DNA of 61,278 bases, the filler included, from an uncultured bacterium (GTDB lineage Bacteria; CAYJOG01): the NCBI GenBank assembly GCA_964371695.1. It is 9 parts of 9 records of this genome, joined end to end, with 100 filler letters (N's around TTAATTAATTAA, not from the genome) between each part and the next. Parts side by side here need not be neighbours in the genome. Positions count along the whole stretch, not along the records: positions 1 to 6,795 come from CAYJOG010000161.1; positions 6,896 to 13,655 come from CAYJOG010000162.1; 7 more parts are not named here. One strand, 5' to 3'. This document shows positions 1 through 8,034 of the stretch, piece by piece. Below the pieces are notes generated by a model, which did no database searches, was not told the origin of the DNA, and worked only from the letters and a program-made list of their open reading frames with translations. Positions within the stretch are counted from its first letter, which is position 1. The number at the start of each line of letters is the position of its first letter. Both the position numbers and the translations under genes were made by a program.

Positions 1-114
1 ACGCCAGTAAAAACCACCCTCTCCCACGCTGGGGCGCGGGCGAGGGTAATAGAAAAGCCCTCCCTCCCCATCGGCCTGTTTCCCAAGGACGCGGCATTTT
101 TTATGCCGCTGTGT

Positions 115-864
115 TTAATTCCCCCGCAGGCGGCCCACGGCCAGGCGGCCCAGCATCAAAGCGCCTTCCAGAATAATTCGCTTGCTGAGTTTGCTTTTGC
201 CGTGGCGGCGGTCTTCAAAAAGAATGGGGGTCTGGGCCATCAAAAAGCCGCTGCGGGCGGCCTTGAACAACACCTCCACCAAAAAGGCATAACCCTCGGC
301 CCGAATGTCGCTGTTCACCAGCACCTGTACCACACGGCGACGCAGGCCCCGGTAACCGCTGGTGAGGTCCGCTCCCTTCAGGCCGGTGGCCGACCGGGCC
401 AGCATGTTGGCTCCCCGGCTGAGCACCACGCGGTGAAAGCCCCAGTTTTGCACACCGCCGCCGGGCATGTAGCGCGACCCCACCACCACGTCGCTGTCGG
501 TGAGCAGCTTGAAAAAGTTGGGCAGGTGTTCTGGCCGGTGGCTCAGGTCGGCGTCCATGCAGAAGAAATATTCATAGTCCCGTTCCAGGCCCCAGCGAAA
601 GGCGTCCAGATAGGCGGTGCCCAGTCCCAGCTTGGCCCCTCTGTCCAGCAGGTGCAGGCCGGGGTGGGATTTCATCATCTCGCGCACCAGATTGGCCGTG
701 CCATCGGGGCTGCCGTCGTCCACCACCAGAACCTCGGCCTGGGGGGCCACCTCGCCAATGCGCCGCACCAGTTCACCAATGCTTTCCACCTCGTTGTAGG
801 TGGGAACGCAGATGAGTGTGTGGGGAATGCGCTGGGGCAGCGTGGTGGGGATAGTCTCGGCCAT
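115..864 (-). CDS. GT2 glycosyltransferase, polyprenol/dolichol-phosphate mannose synthase-like
   Basis: Motifs ICVPTYNE, VVDDGSPDGT, KLGLGTAY, MDADLSH, VVGSRY, DLTSGYR, FEDRRHGKSK. Start placed at ATG 864 (uncertain). Confidence 0.9.
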   Translation of the reverse strand: MAETIPTTLPQRIPHTLICVPTYNEVESIGELVRRIGEVAPQAEVLVVDDGSPDGTANLVREMMKSHPGLHLLDRGAKLGLGTAYLDAFRWGLERDYEYFFCMDADLSHRPEHLPNFFKLLTDSDVVVGSRYMPGGGVQNWGFHRVVLSRGANMLARSATGLKGADLTSGYRGLRRRVVQVLVNSDIRAEGYAFLVEVLFKAARSGFLMAQTPILFEDRRHGKSKLSKRIILEGALMLGRLAVGRLRGN

Positions 865-973
865 AACGGGGCGTGCGGCGGGCGACAGCAGAAGCATCCT
901 ATGCTCTATCGGCCCTGCCTCAAGGGTTTTTAAGGCGGCTGAAGAAAAATTGGCCCCTCCAGAATGGGCGCAG

Positions 974-1296
974 TGGTTCATCCAATTTGAAATAAGTAGC
1001 AGCGATGTCCAGCTGTCAGGTTAATTGGTAGCCCCGGCGTCCCGCCGGGAGCAAAAAAACGCCGAAGGCGTCACAAAACAGGATTTTTTCAGGGAAATAC
1101 GAAAAGGAATCTGAATGGTGCGCGCCTTTGGCGCGGTGTACACTCCCGGCGGGACGCCGGGGCTACCTCAAAAAACCCCTGATAATCCGGGGCTTTTCTC
1201 ACAAACCTGACAGCATTGGCGGCGGTGTCCCCATTGCTGCTTGATTGGTGCGGTGGGGACACCGCACCTACTCCTCATTTTGAGTCAGATGAACCA
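974..1296. repeat. Nested composite repeat: TGGTTCATC-ended MITE-like element containing REP hairpins and an inserted 141-bp REPIN
   Basis: 974-1010 and 1231-1296 align to the reverse complement of the 103-bp element at 5857-5959. The 220 bp between them carry an inner IR (GCTGTCAGGTT/AACCTGACAGC) and the element at 1027-1167. Confidence 0.8.
1027..1167. repeat. REPIN-like element, copy 1 (GTAG-tagged REP doublet)
   Basis: Perfect 25-bp terminal inverted repeat GGTAGCCCCGGCGTCCCGCCGGGAG (1027-1051) / 1143-1167. Near-identical inverted copy at 18514-18654. Confidence 0.92.
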
Positions 1297-1308
1297 GCAG
1301 GGTGGTTG

Positions 1309-1530
1309 TTAAAACTCCTCCGCCGGATTGTCGGGCAGGTTGCGGATGAGGCTGGCGGCCCCCACGGGCACCAGGGCCACCACCATCATCAACTTGGAAA
1401 CCTGACGCACCAGGGGCAGGTTTCGCAACGGTTCGGGCAACAGGGTCTCATGGGTGGTGATCATTTGTTCCATCCACACCCATTCATCGTTTTTGATGTT
1501 CTCGAACAGGGATTTCATGGTGTCCTGCAT
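1309..1530 (-). CDS. Small hypothetical protein (73 aa)
   Basis: GGAGG ribosome-binding site just upstream of ATG 1530; host-like codon usage; fills an otherwise empty intergenic space. No family recognised. Confidence 0.6.
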   Translation of the reverse strand: MQDTMKSLFENIKNDEWVWMEQMITTHETLLPEPLRNLPLVRQVSKLMMVVALVPVGAASLIRNLPDNPAEEF

Positions 1531-1644
1531 GGGGCCTCCGGTCATTTGGTTGGGTCATGAGTTTAAATCACCCGACCTGGATATTCACACACTGGCAGGC
1601 ACAAACCCGGCCCGTCAACAAACCGCCGCCAAAACGCGGGGGCT

Positions 1645-1671
1645 TTGACAAGGGGCGTGTCTGGTTACAAT
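1645..1671 (+). promoter_or_regulatory. Putative sigma70 promoter for the TonB receptor-yfiR genes
   Basis: TTGACA (1645-1650) and TACAAT (1666-1671). The spacer is only 15 nt, hence lower confidence. Confidence 0.45.
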
Positions 1672-1750
1672 CCGGCCAGTTTTCTTCATGTCACCTTCAT
1701 GAAAAAAATCCACCACACCGGCTCAGACCCTGAACCGGAAGGAGCAACCC

Positions 1751-3898
1751 ATGTCCCACCTTTTCAAACGGACCCGCTTTCAGACGCTGGCGCTTTTGGG
1801 CGCGGCGCTGCTGCTGCCCACCGCCCCTGCGCTGGCGGCCAGCAAAAAAAAGCCCGCCGCCAAGGCCCCAGCCAAAACCAAGGGGGGCAAAAAAGCGGTG
1901 GAGGCGATTCCTGATTTTCTCGCCGACATTGATCTGAACGCGCTCGCGGACATGGAAGTCACCTCGGTGGCCAAAAAAGCCCAGAAACTTTCCGAGACCC
2001 CCGCCGCCGTGACGGTGCTCACCCGCGACGACCTTGAAAAAACCGGCGTCACCGCCCTGGCGGACGCACTACGTCTGGTGCCGGGCCTGGACGTGGGCCA
2101 ACTGGAAGACGACATCTGGCATGTGGCCAGCCGCAGTTTCAACGGCACCTACACCGGCAAGCTGCTGGTGCTGGTGGATGGCCGCAGCGTGTACACCCCC
2201 GCTTTTGGCGGCGTGTATTGGGACGCCCTGGATTTCAACCTGGAGGACATCGACCGGGTGGAGATCATCCGTGGCCCCGGCGGCACCCTGTGGGGGGCCA
2301 ACGCCGTGAACGGCGTCATCAACATTCTCACCCGCTCCACTCAAGACACCCTGGGCGGCGTGGTGCGTTCTGTGCTGGGCGACGAAGAACGCCACGGACT
2401 GAACCTGCGCCACGGTGACAAACTGGGCCAGGAGGCCACTTACCGGGTGTGGCTCAACGAATTTGCCCGCGATGGTTTCAACACCAAAACCGGCGCTGAA
2501 AATGAAAACGGTTATCGCCAGACCACCTATGGCGCGAAGGTGGAATGGACTCCCCGCAAAGACACGCTGGTGAAGTTCGACGCCGAGGCCTACACCGGTT
2601 ACTCCAAAGAGTTCACCAACGACCTCAGTCACAACACGTTCGCCCCCGTCACCGGCCCCTACACCGTGGCCAAAACCGGCGGCCACGTGCTCACCCGTTA
2701 TGAGCGCACCAAAAAAGATGGCGAAAAATGGTCGTTGCAGGTTTATCACCAGAACTATGACCTGAAGGCCAAAAAGAACACCCTGGGCACCGGCATCGAA
2801 TTTGACGGTGTGAGCACCTGGGACCTGGACCTGCAACACCGCTTCAAACTGGCCAAACGCAGCGAGCTGACCTGGGGCCTGGGACTGCGGCAAAACGAGT
2901 TCCACATGAACCCCGGCAACGACATCGCCATCACCAGCGTGAAAAAGGCCAACGACCACATCGAAAGCGGTTTTGTGCAGATGGAAAAAGTGCTGAAACC
3001 GAACCGCTGGAAATGGACCATCGGGGCCAAGTTTGAGCGCAACACCTTCACCGAGTTTGAGTGGCAACCCAGCACACAACTGGTGTTCACGCCCAACAGC
3101 AAAACCACGTGGTGGGGCGGTCTGTCGCGGGTGGTGCGCACCCCCACATTTTTTGAAACCTACGTGGACGCCCCCATCGCCATTTTTCCGCCCCCCGCCG
3201 GCGCGGTGGTGCTGGGCAACCCGGCCCACGGCCTGGTGGCCCGCCTGCTGGGAAACCCCAACCTCAAGGCCGAAAACGTCACCAGCCTGGAGGGCGGCGT
3301 GCGCACCAGCAGCGGCGAAAACCTCACCCTGGACCTCGCCGGTTTTGTGATGCAGGTGGAAAATCAGGTGACCGCCAAACAGGGCGCGGTGAATGCCACC
3401 GTCAACCAGAACGGCGTGACCACCTGGGTGATTGACCAGCAGTTGCAAAACGCCGTGACCGAAAAAAACCTGTGGGGCCTGGAGGCCACCACGCGCTGGA
3501 AGGTTTCTGGCAAAACCCTGGTGACGGGCACCTGGGGTTACATCGATGACCGGCGCAAGACCGACATCGTGGGTTTTGCCGACAACAAATCGCCCCGCAA
3601 CCACGCCAGTGTGCAGGTGGCCTCGCAGTTGTCACACCGCTGGCAGTTCACCCCCACGCTCTATTACACCAGTGGCCGCCAGCACGCCACCAATCCGGCA
3701 GTGAACGTGAAGGAACGCTACCGCCTGGACACCGCCCTGCACTGGCAAAAGTCCAAAAACTTCAAACTGTCCATGGTGGCCCACAACCTGCTGGACCAGC
3801 GCCGCGAAGAGGTGGGGGCCTTCAACACCAACCTGGGCGTGGTGGACACACAAGAGGTGCCGCGCTCGGTGTTCACCCGCCTGAGCTGGTGGTATTGA
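1751..3898 (+). CDS. TonB-dependent receptor (plug + beta-barrel)
   Basis: Signal peptide; plug motifs ETPAAVTVLT, ADALRLVPGL, LLVLVDGRSVY, IDRVEIIRGPGGTLWGANAVNGVINILT; C-terminal NLLD...PRSVFTRLSWWY aromatic end; AAGGAG RBS. Confidence 0.93.
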   Translation: MSHLFKRTRFQTLALLGAALLLPTAPALAASKKKPAAKAPAKTKGGKKAVEAIPDFLADIDLNALADMEVTSVAKKAQKLSETPAAVTVLTRDDLEKTGVTALADALRLVPGLDVGQLEDDIWHVASRSFNGTYTGKLLVLVDGRSVYTPAFGGVYWDALDFNLEDIDRVEIIRGPGGTLWGANAVNGVINILTRSTQDTLGGVVRSVLGDEERHGLNLRHGDKLGQEATYRVWLNEFARDGFNTKTGAENENGYRQTTYGAKVEWTPRKDTLVKFDAEAYTGYSKEFTNDLSHNTFAPVTGPYTVAKTGGHVLTRYERTKKDGEKWSLQVYHQNYDLKAKKNTLGTGIEFDGVSTWDLDLQHRFKLAKRSELTWGLGLRQNEFHMNPGNDIAITSVKKANDHIESGFVQMEKVLKPNRWKWTIGAKFERNTFTEFEWQPSTQLVFTPNSKTTWWGGLSRVVRTPTFFETYVDAPIAIFPPPAGAVVLGNPAHGLVARLLGNPNLKAENVTSLEGGVRTSSGENLTLDLAGFVMQVENQVTAKQGAVNATVNQNGVTTWVIDQQLQNAVTEKNLWGLEATTRWKVSGKTLVTGTWGYIDDRRKTDIVGFADNKSPRNHASVQVASQLSHRWQFTPTLYYTSGRQHATNPAVNVKERYRLDTALHWQKSKNFKLSMVAHNLLDQRREEVGAFNTNLGVVDTQEVPRSVFTRLSWWY

Positions 3899-3945
3899 GG
3901 TTAGAAGCCGGGCCGAACGGGTAACCAGAGACAGAGGGCAAGCCT

Positions 3946-4476
3946 GTGAAAATCAAAAACATGGCCCTGTGGCTGGTGGTGACGGGCCTGCTGATGGCCG
4001 GGCCTGCCCGCGCGCTGACGGCGCAGCAGATCAAGGCGGCCTATCTGTTCAACTTTTTCAAACTCGTGCAATGGCCGGGGTCGAGTTTTGCGGGCGGGTC
4101 GGCCCCCTTTGTGCTGGCGCTTTATGGGGGCGACCCCTTTGCGGGCGCGCTGGATGGTTTTTTGAAAGGTAAAACGGTAGAGAACCGGGCTATCAAGATT
4201 GTGCGCATCGCGTCACCGGCAGAGGCCAAAAAAGCGCATCTGGTGTATGTGAACGGCCCCCGCAGCGGCGACCTGGCCAAGGTGTCGGCGGCGGTGAAAG
4301 GCGCGCCGGTGCTGGTGGTGGGAGACGGCCCCGGCCTGACGGGCAAGGGGGCGGTGCTGGCGCTGGTGGAGTCTGGGGGCAAGGTGAAGGTGTGCCTGGA
4401 CGAAGCCGCCGCCAGCCGGGCCAAACTCAAGGTCAGCCCCCAACTCATCGTGCTGGCCAAACAGTGCGGGGGGTAA
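3946..4476 (+). CDS. YfiR/DUF4154-family periplasmic protein
   Basis: Signal peptide then QIKAAYLFNFFKLVQWP, GDPFAGAL, and a C-terminal LKVSPQLIVLA typical of the family. Start could be ATG 3961. Confidence 0.88.
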   Translation: MKIKNMALWLVVTGLLMAGPARALTAQQIKAAYLFNFFKLVQWPGSSFAGGSAPFVLALYGGDPFAGALDGFLKGKTVENRAIKIVRIASPAEAKKAHLVYVNGPRSGDLAKVSAAVKGAPVLVVGDGPGLTGKGAVLALVESGGKVKVCLDEAAASRAKLKVSPQLIVLAKQCGG

Positions 4477-4680
4477 ACAGGCGTCCAGCCCCGCAGGGTT
4501 CGCCTGCGCCGCGCCGGGCCGCAGCCGTTCACGACGAACGGCAAGGCCAATCAATCCAATGAACATTCCTGCTATTTTGAATGTTCATTGGTGTGACAGG
4601 TGTCCCCAACCGCCCATGAACCACGACAACCCGCAAAGCCAATAGCCGCTTCCCGGTTTGGTGGTAAAATGCCCCTGTTC

Positions 4681-5856
4681 ATGAGTTATCCCGAAATCGC
4701 CACCGATCTCACGGGGTTTGACCCAGCCTTTTACAAGCGCTTTCGCAGCGTGAGCCGACCGTGGTTTGACGTGGTGATCGACATCAGCGTGGAAAACCCC
4801 CATCTGGTGCCGGGCGAGGGGCCTGCGATTCTGGTGAGCAACCACAAGAGCGACATGGACCCGTTCCTGCTCATCGCCAACATCAAGCGGCCCATCCACT
4901 GGTTTGCGGGCAGTTACCTCTACAACATCCCCGTGTGGGGCGAGATCATGAAAAAGCTGGGGGCCATTCCTGTCAGCAAAGACCCCGCCGAAATCAAAGA
5001 GGCCTTTCGCACCGCCGGAGAAATCCTCAAGGCCGGGGGGCTGGTGGGCGTTTTTCCCGAAGGCTGGGAATACATCAGCGAAGGCCGTTTCACCGCGCCG
5101 GTGGGGCGGTTCCAGACAGGCTTTGTGCGCCTCGCTATTCAGAACAACGCGCCGGTGGTGCCCATGGCGGTGGTGGGCATCCGCGCCCGCGCCGAGGCCC
5201 AGGCCCTGCCCCCCTTCATGCGCAAGCTGCTCAACTTTCCTTTTGAGCTGCAATACAACCCCAGCCGGTTGCAGTTCGAAAAAGTCCACGTGATCGTGGG
5301 CCATCCCCTGCATGTGCCCCAGCCAGAGGGCAAGCCCTCTCACGAGTTTCTCAGCGAGTGGGCCGAGACAGCCCGCAGCGCCGTGGTGAGTCTGGAGACA
5401 CGGGTGGTGAACCGCCGCCTGCTGACCCACGACGAGGGCAAAGGCCGCGTGCAGGATGAAATGAATCCGCTCTCGGACAGGCTTCAGTATTTCTTTGACC
5501 GCCTGGGTGAAAACCCCGGCGAGTTGCGGGGCCAGTTGGAATATCAGGCCGGGGCCTCGGTGACACAGGCGATGAAGGGGCTGGCCCAGCGCATGGCGGC
5601 CCAGGCGCGCCAACCCATAGAGGGCGAAGAAGGCCATGACAATCTGGAAGACCTGCTGCACGCCGCCCTGGTGTCGGGCTGGCTCAGCCGCATGGAGGTG
5701 GAGCTGGAAATGCCCCGCCACCCGGTGGCCGACCCCGGCACCCGCCACGAGCGTGATCACCTGCACCACCTGCTCTTGCGCCTCATGAAACCCGTGGTGG
5801 AACCGGCTGAACCCGCCGCAGACACCATGGCCCCGGTGATCACCGAGCCGGGCTAG
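4681..5856 (+). CDS. Lysophospholipid acyltransferase (PlsC-like) with C-terminal extension
   Basis: NHKSDMD (HX4D) and GVFPEG motifs, then FQTGFVRLA and PVVPMAVVG; about 140 extra residues of unknown fold at the C-terminus. Confidence 0.85.
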   Translation: MSYPEIATDLTGFDPAFYKRFRSVSRPWFDVVIDISVENPHLVPGEGPAILVSNHKSDMDPFLLIANIKRPIHWFAGSYLYNIPVWGEIMKKLGAIPVSKDPAEIKEAFRTAGEILKAGGLVGVFPEGWEYISEGRFTAPVGRFQTGFVRLAIQNNAPVVPMAVVGIRARAEAQALPPFMRKLLNFPFELQYNPSRLQFEKVHVIVGHPLHVPQPEGKPSHEFLSEWAETARSAVVSLETRVVNRRLLTHDEGKGRVQDEMNPLSDRLQYFFDRLGENPGELRGQLEYQAGASVTQAMKGLAQRMAAQARQPIEGEEGHDNLEDLLHAALVSGWLSRMEVELEMPRHPVADPGTRHERDHLHHLLLRLMKPVVEPAEPAADTMAPVITEPG

Positions 5857-5959
5857 TGGTTCGTCTGTTTAAAAATGAGGAGTAGGTGCGGTGTCCCCAC
5901 CGCACCCATACAGCAGCGATGAGGACATCGCTGCGACTCATTTCAAATCGGATGAACCA
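5857..5959. mobile_element. MITE-like element (103 bp) with imperfect TIRs and CTAG flanks, carrying two REP hairpins
   Basis: CTAG at 5853-5856 and 5960-5963; ends TGGTTCGTCTGTTTAAAAATGAG / CTCATTTCAAATCGGATGAACCA; internal GTAGGTGCGGTGTCCCCACCGCAC and GCAGCGATGAGGACATCGCTGC. Related ends at 974, 1296, 20461 and 54669. Confidence 0.75.
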
Positions 5960-6022
5960 CTAGGCCAACCATTCGGTCACTTGACCCTTTTTTTTGCCCC
6001 CAAGGGGCATTAACCTGAGCCT

Positions 6023-6601
6023 GTGGACAATCAACCAGCCCCCAGCAGCCCCGTGGCCACGGGTTTTTCACCCAAACGCCGAGTGTTTCTCAAAACGCTC
6101 CTGGCCTTTCTGGTGGTGGCGGGGTTGGGCAAGGGCCTGTTGTGGAACCGCTTCCGCGCCCGGCCCCCGGCCCTGGGTTTCAAACCCCAATATCTTTCGC
6201 CCGTAGCGGTGGTGGTGCTGCTGGCCAGTTGGCGGGCCATCCTCACCGCCGAGCAGCGCCAGGGTTTTGCCCTGGATGAAGAAGCCTTCCTCAAAAAAGC
6301 CGACAACCTCATGGGCATGTCGCCCGGTTATCTGCAGGCCGATTTTGACCTGGCCATGAAGGTGCTCAACTGGCTGCCCCTGATCAAAATGAAGTTTTCG
6401 CCCTTTGCTGCCCTGGCGCCGCAAGAGGGCCGCGCCGTGTTGCGGGGCTTGGCCACCGGCAAAAACGAAACCCTGCGCCTGCTTGAGGAAGCCCCCCGCA
6501 AGCTGGTGTATTTCATTTATTACACACAGCCCGCCACCTGGGGAAAGCTGGGTTATGACGGCCCCTGGGCCCCACAAAAACCCGGGGGGTTCACACCATG
6601 A
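6023..6601 (+). CDS. Gluconate 2-dehydrogenase gamma-subunit-like partner of a GMC oxidoreductase (possible Tat signal)
   Basis: KRRVFLK twin-arginine-like motif, PFAALAPQEGRAVL, C-terminal YYTQPATWGKLGYDGP; ATGA overlap with the GMC gene. Confidence 0.7.
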   Translation: MDNQPAPSSPVATGFSPKRRVFLKTLLAFLVVAGLGKGLLWNRFRARPPALGFKPQYLSPVAVVVLLASWRAILTAEQRQGFALDEEAFLKKADNLMGMSPGYLQADFDLAMKVLNWLPLIKMKFSPFAALAPQEGRAVLRGLATGKNETLRLLEEAPRKLVYFIYYTQPATWGKLGYDGPWAPQKPGGFTP

Positions 6602-6795
6602 AACGCATGCCGATGATGGCGCTGAAAAGCCGCAAAGGCCGGGTTGAGCTGAAGGCCGACGCGGTGATTGTGGGGTCTGGCGCGGGCGGCGCGGCGGCGG
6701 CGGTGCGCCTGGGCGAAAAGGGCATGAAGGTGATCGTGCTGGAATAAGGCGGTTACTTTCAGAACACCGACATGACGCAGCGCGAAGAAGAAATG
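6598..6795 (+). pseudogene. GMC-family FAD oxidoreductase, 5' fragment (contig end) with in-frame TAA at 6745-6747
   Basis: Own translation: ...ADAVIVGSGAGGAAAAVRLGEKGMKVIVLE*GGYFQNTDMTQREEEM (FAD-binding GxGxxG). The stop may be a sequencing error. Confidence 0.75.
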
Positions 6796-6895
6796 NNNNN
6801 NNNNNNNNNNNNNNNNNNNNNNNNNNNNNNNNNNNNNNNTTAATTAATTAANNNNNNNNNNNNNNNNNNNNNNNNNNNNNNNNNNNNNNNNNNNN
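6796..6895. other. Artificial contig spacer
   Basis: N44-TTAATTAATTAA-N44, stops in all frames. Confidence 0.98.
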
Positions 6896-8015
6896 CCTTC
6901 ATGTCGCTTTTTACGTCCACCAGCACGGTGGGGGGATAAAAATGCCCCTCATGCCCGGCGGGCAGTTCGCCGCCCGTCAGCGCCGTGGCCCCTTTTGCCA
7001 GGGCGTCCTGCACCTGAGCGGCCACAATCTTGCGCTGGCGGTCGCTGATCATCGGCCCCACGTCGTAACTGGCCGGGTCTCCCCCCACGCGCAACTGGCG
7101 GGTGAGGGCGCTCACGCGGTCCACAAAATCGTCGTAGACCTTCTCATGTACAAACACCCGCTCGATGCTGGCGCAGACCTGGCCGCAGTTGGCGAAGGCC
7201 CCCCACACGGCCCCCTTGGCGGCGCGGTCCAGGTCGGCGTCTTCCAGCACGATCATGGCGTCTTTGCCCCCCAGCTCCAGCGTGACGGGAATGGGTTTTT
7301 TGGCCGCTTCGGCCATGATGCGCCGCCCCGTGGGCACGCTGCCGGTGAACGACACCTTGTGAATGGGTTGTTCCAGAATCCACGCCCCCACCTGGCCGTC
7401 TCCCTGCAACAGGGCGAACACCTCGGCGGGAATCCCCGCCTCCATGGCCAGACGGTGCAGCAACTGCCCCAGCAGGGGGGTGAACTCGCTGGGTTTGTAC
7501 AACACGGCGTTGCCCGCCAACAGCGGCGGCACGAGCGCGCACACACTCAGATAAAACGGATAGTTCCACGGCGTGATCACGCCCACCACGCCAAAGGGTG
7601 TTTTCACCAGCACGGTTTTCTGGGTTTTGAGAATGCGCAGGCTCACCGGCTCGTCGGCCAGGTCTTTTTCGGCCTTGCCGCAGAAATAAGTGAGGGTGTC
7701 CACGCTGCTCAGCACTTCGCCCACCAGCGCCTCGCCGTGGCTTTTGCCGTTTTCGGCGCTGATGAGTGCGATGATTTCATCCTGCCGCTCCACCATCAGG
7801 TCGCGCCAGCGGGCAAACAGCTTCACCCGCTCGGCCACCGGCGCGGCGGCCCAACTGGCCTGTGCCTGACCGGCGGCGGCAAAGGCGGCTTTCACATCCG
7901 CCTCGGTGGCGGTGCGCACGCGCCCCAGTTCTTCACCGGTGGCGGGGTTGTGGCTGATGAGTTCGTGGGGGACGTGCAGGTTGCCTGCGCGGGTTTGTGC
8001 CTTGGCCTGTGACAT
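6896..8015 (-). CDS. Aldehyde dehydrogenase family protein (3' truncated by contig end)
   Basis: GVITPWNYP, KPSEFTP, FTGSVPTG, LELGGKD, NCGQVCAS; AGGAGG RBS. Confidence 0.93.
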
Positions 8016-8034
8016 GGTTCCTCCTGATGTGGGG

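Noticed and set aside
4488..4590. Three consecutive hairpins after yfiR as a riboswitch or ncRNA
   Set aside because: No recognisable riboswitch consensus; more likely terminator and repeat remnants.
4587..4610. ATTGGTGTGAC-N3-TGTC upstream of the acyltransferase, resembling the operator at 36409-36426
   Set aside because: It overlaps a 13-bp hairpin arm and a degenerate GTGTCCCC REP, so the match can be coincidental. A genome-wide scan is needed.
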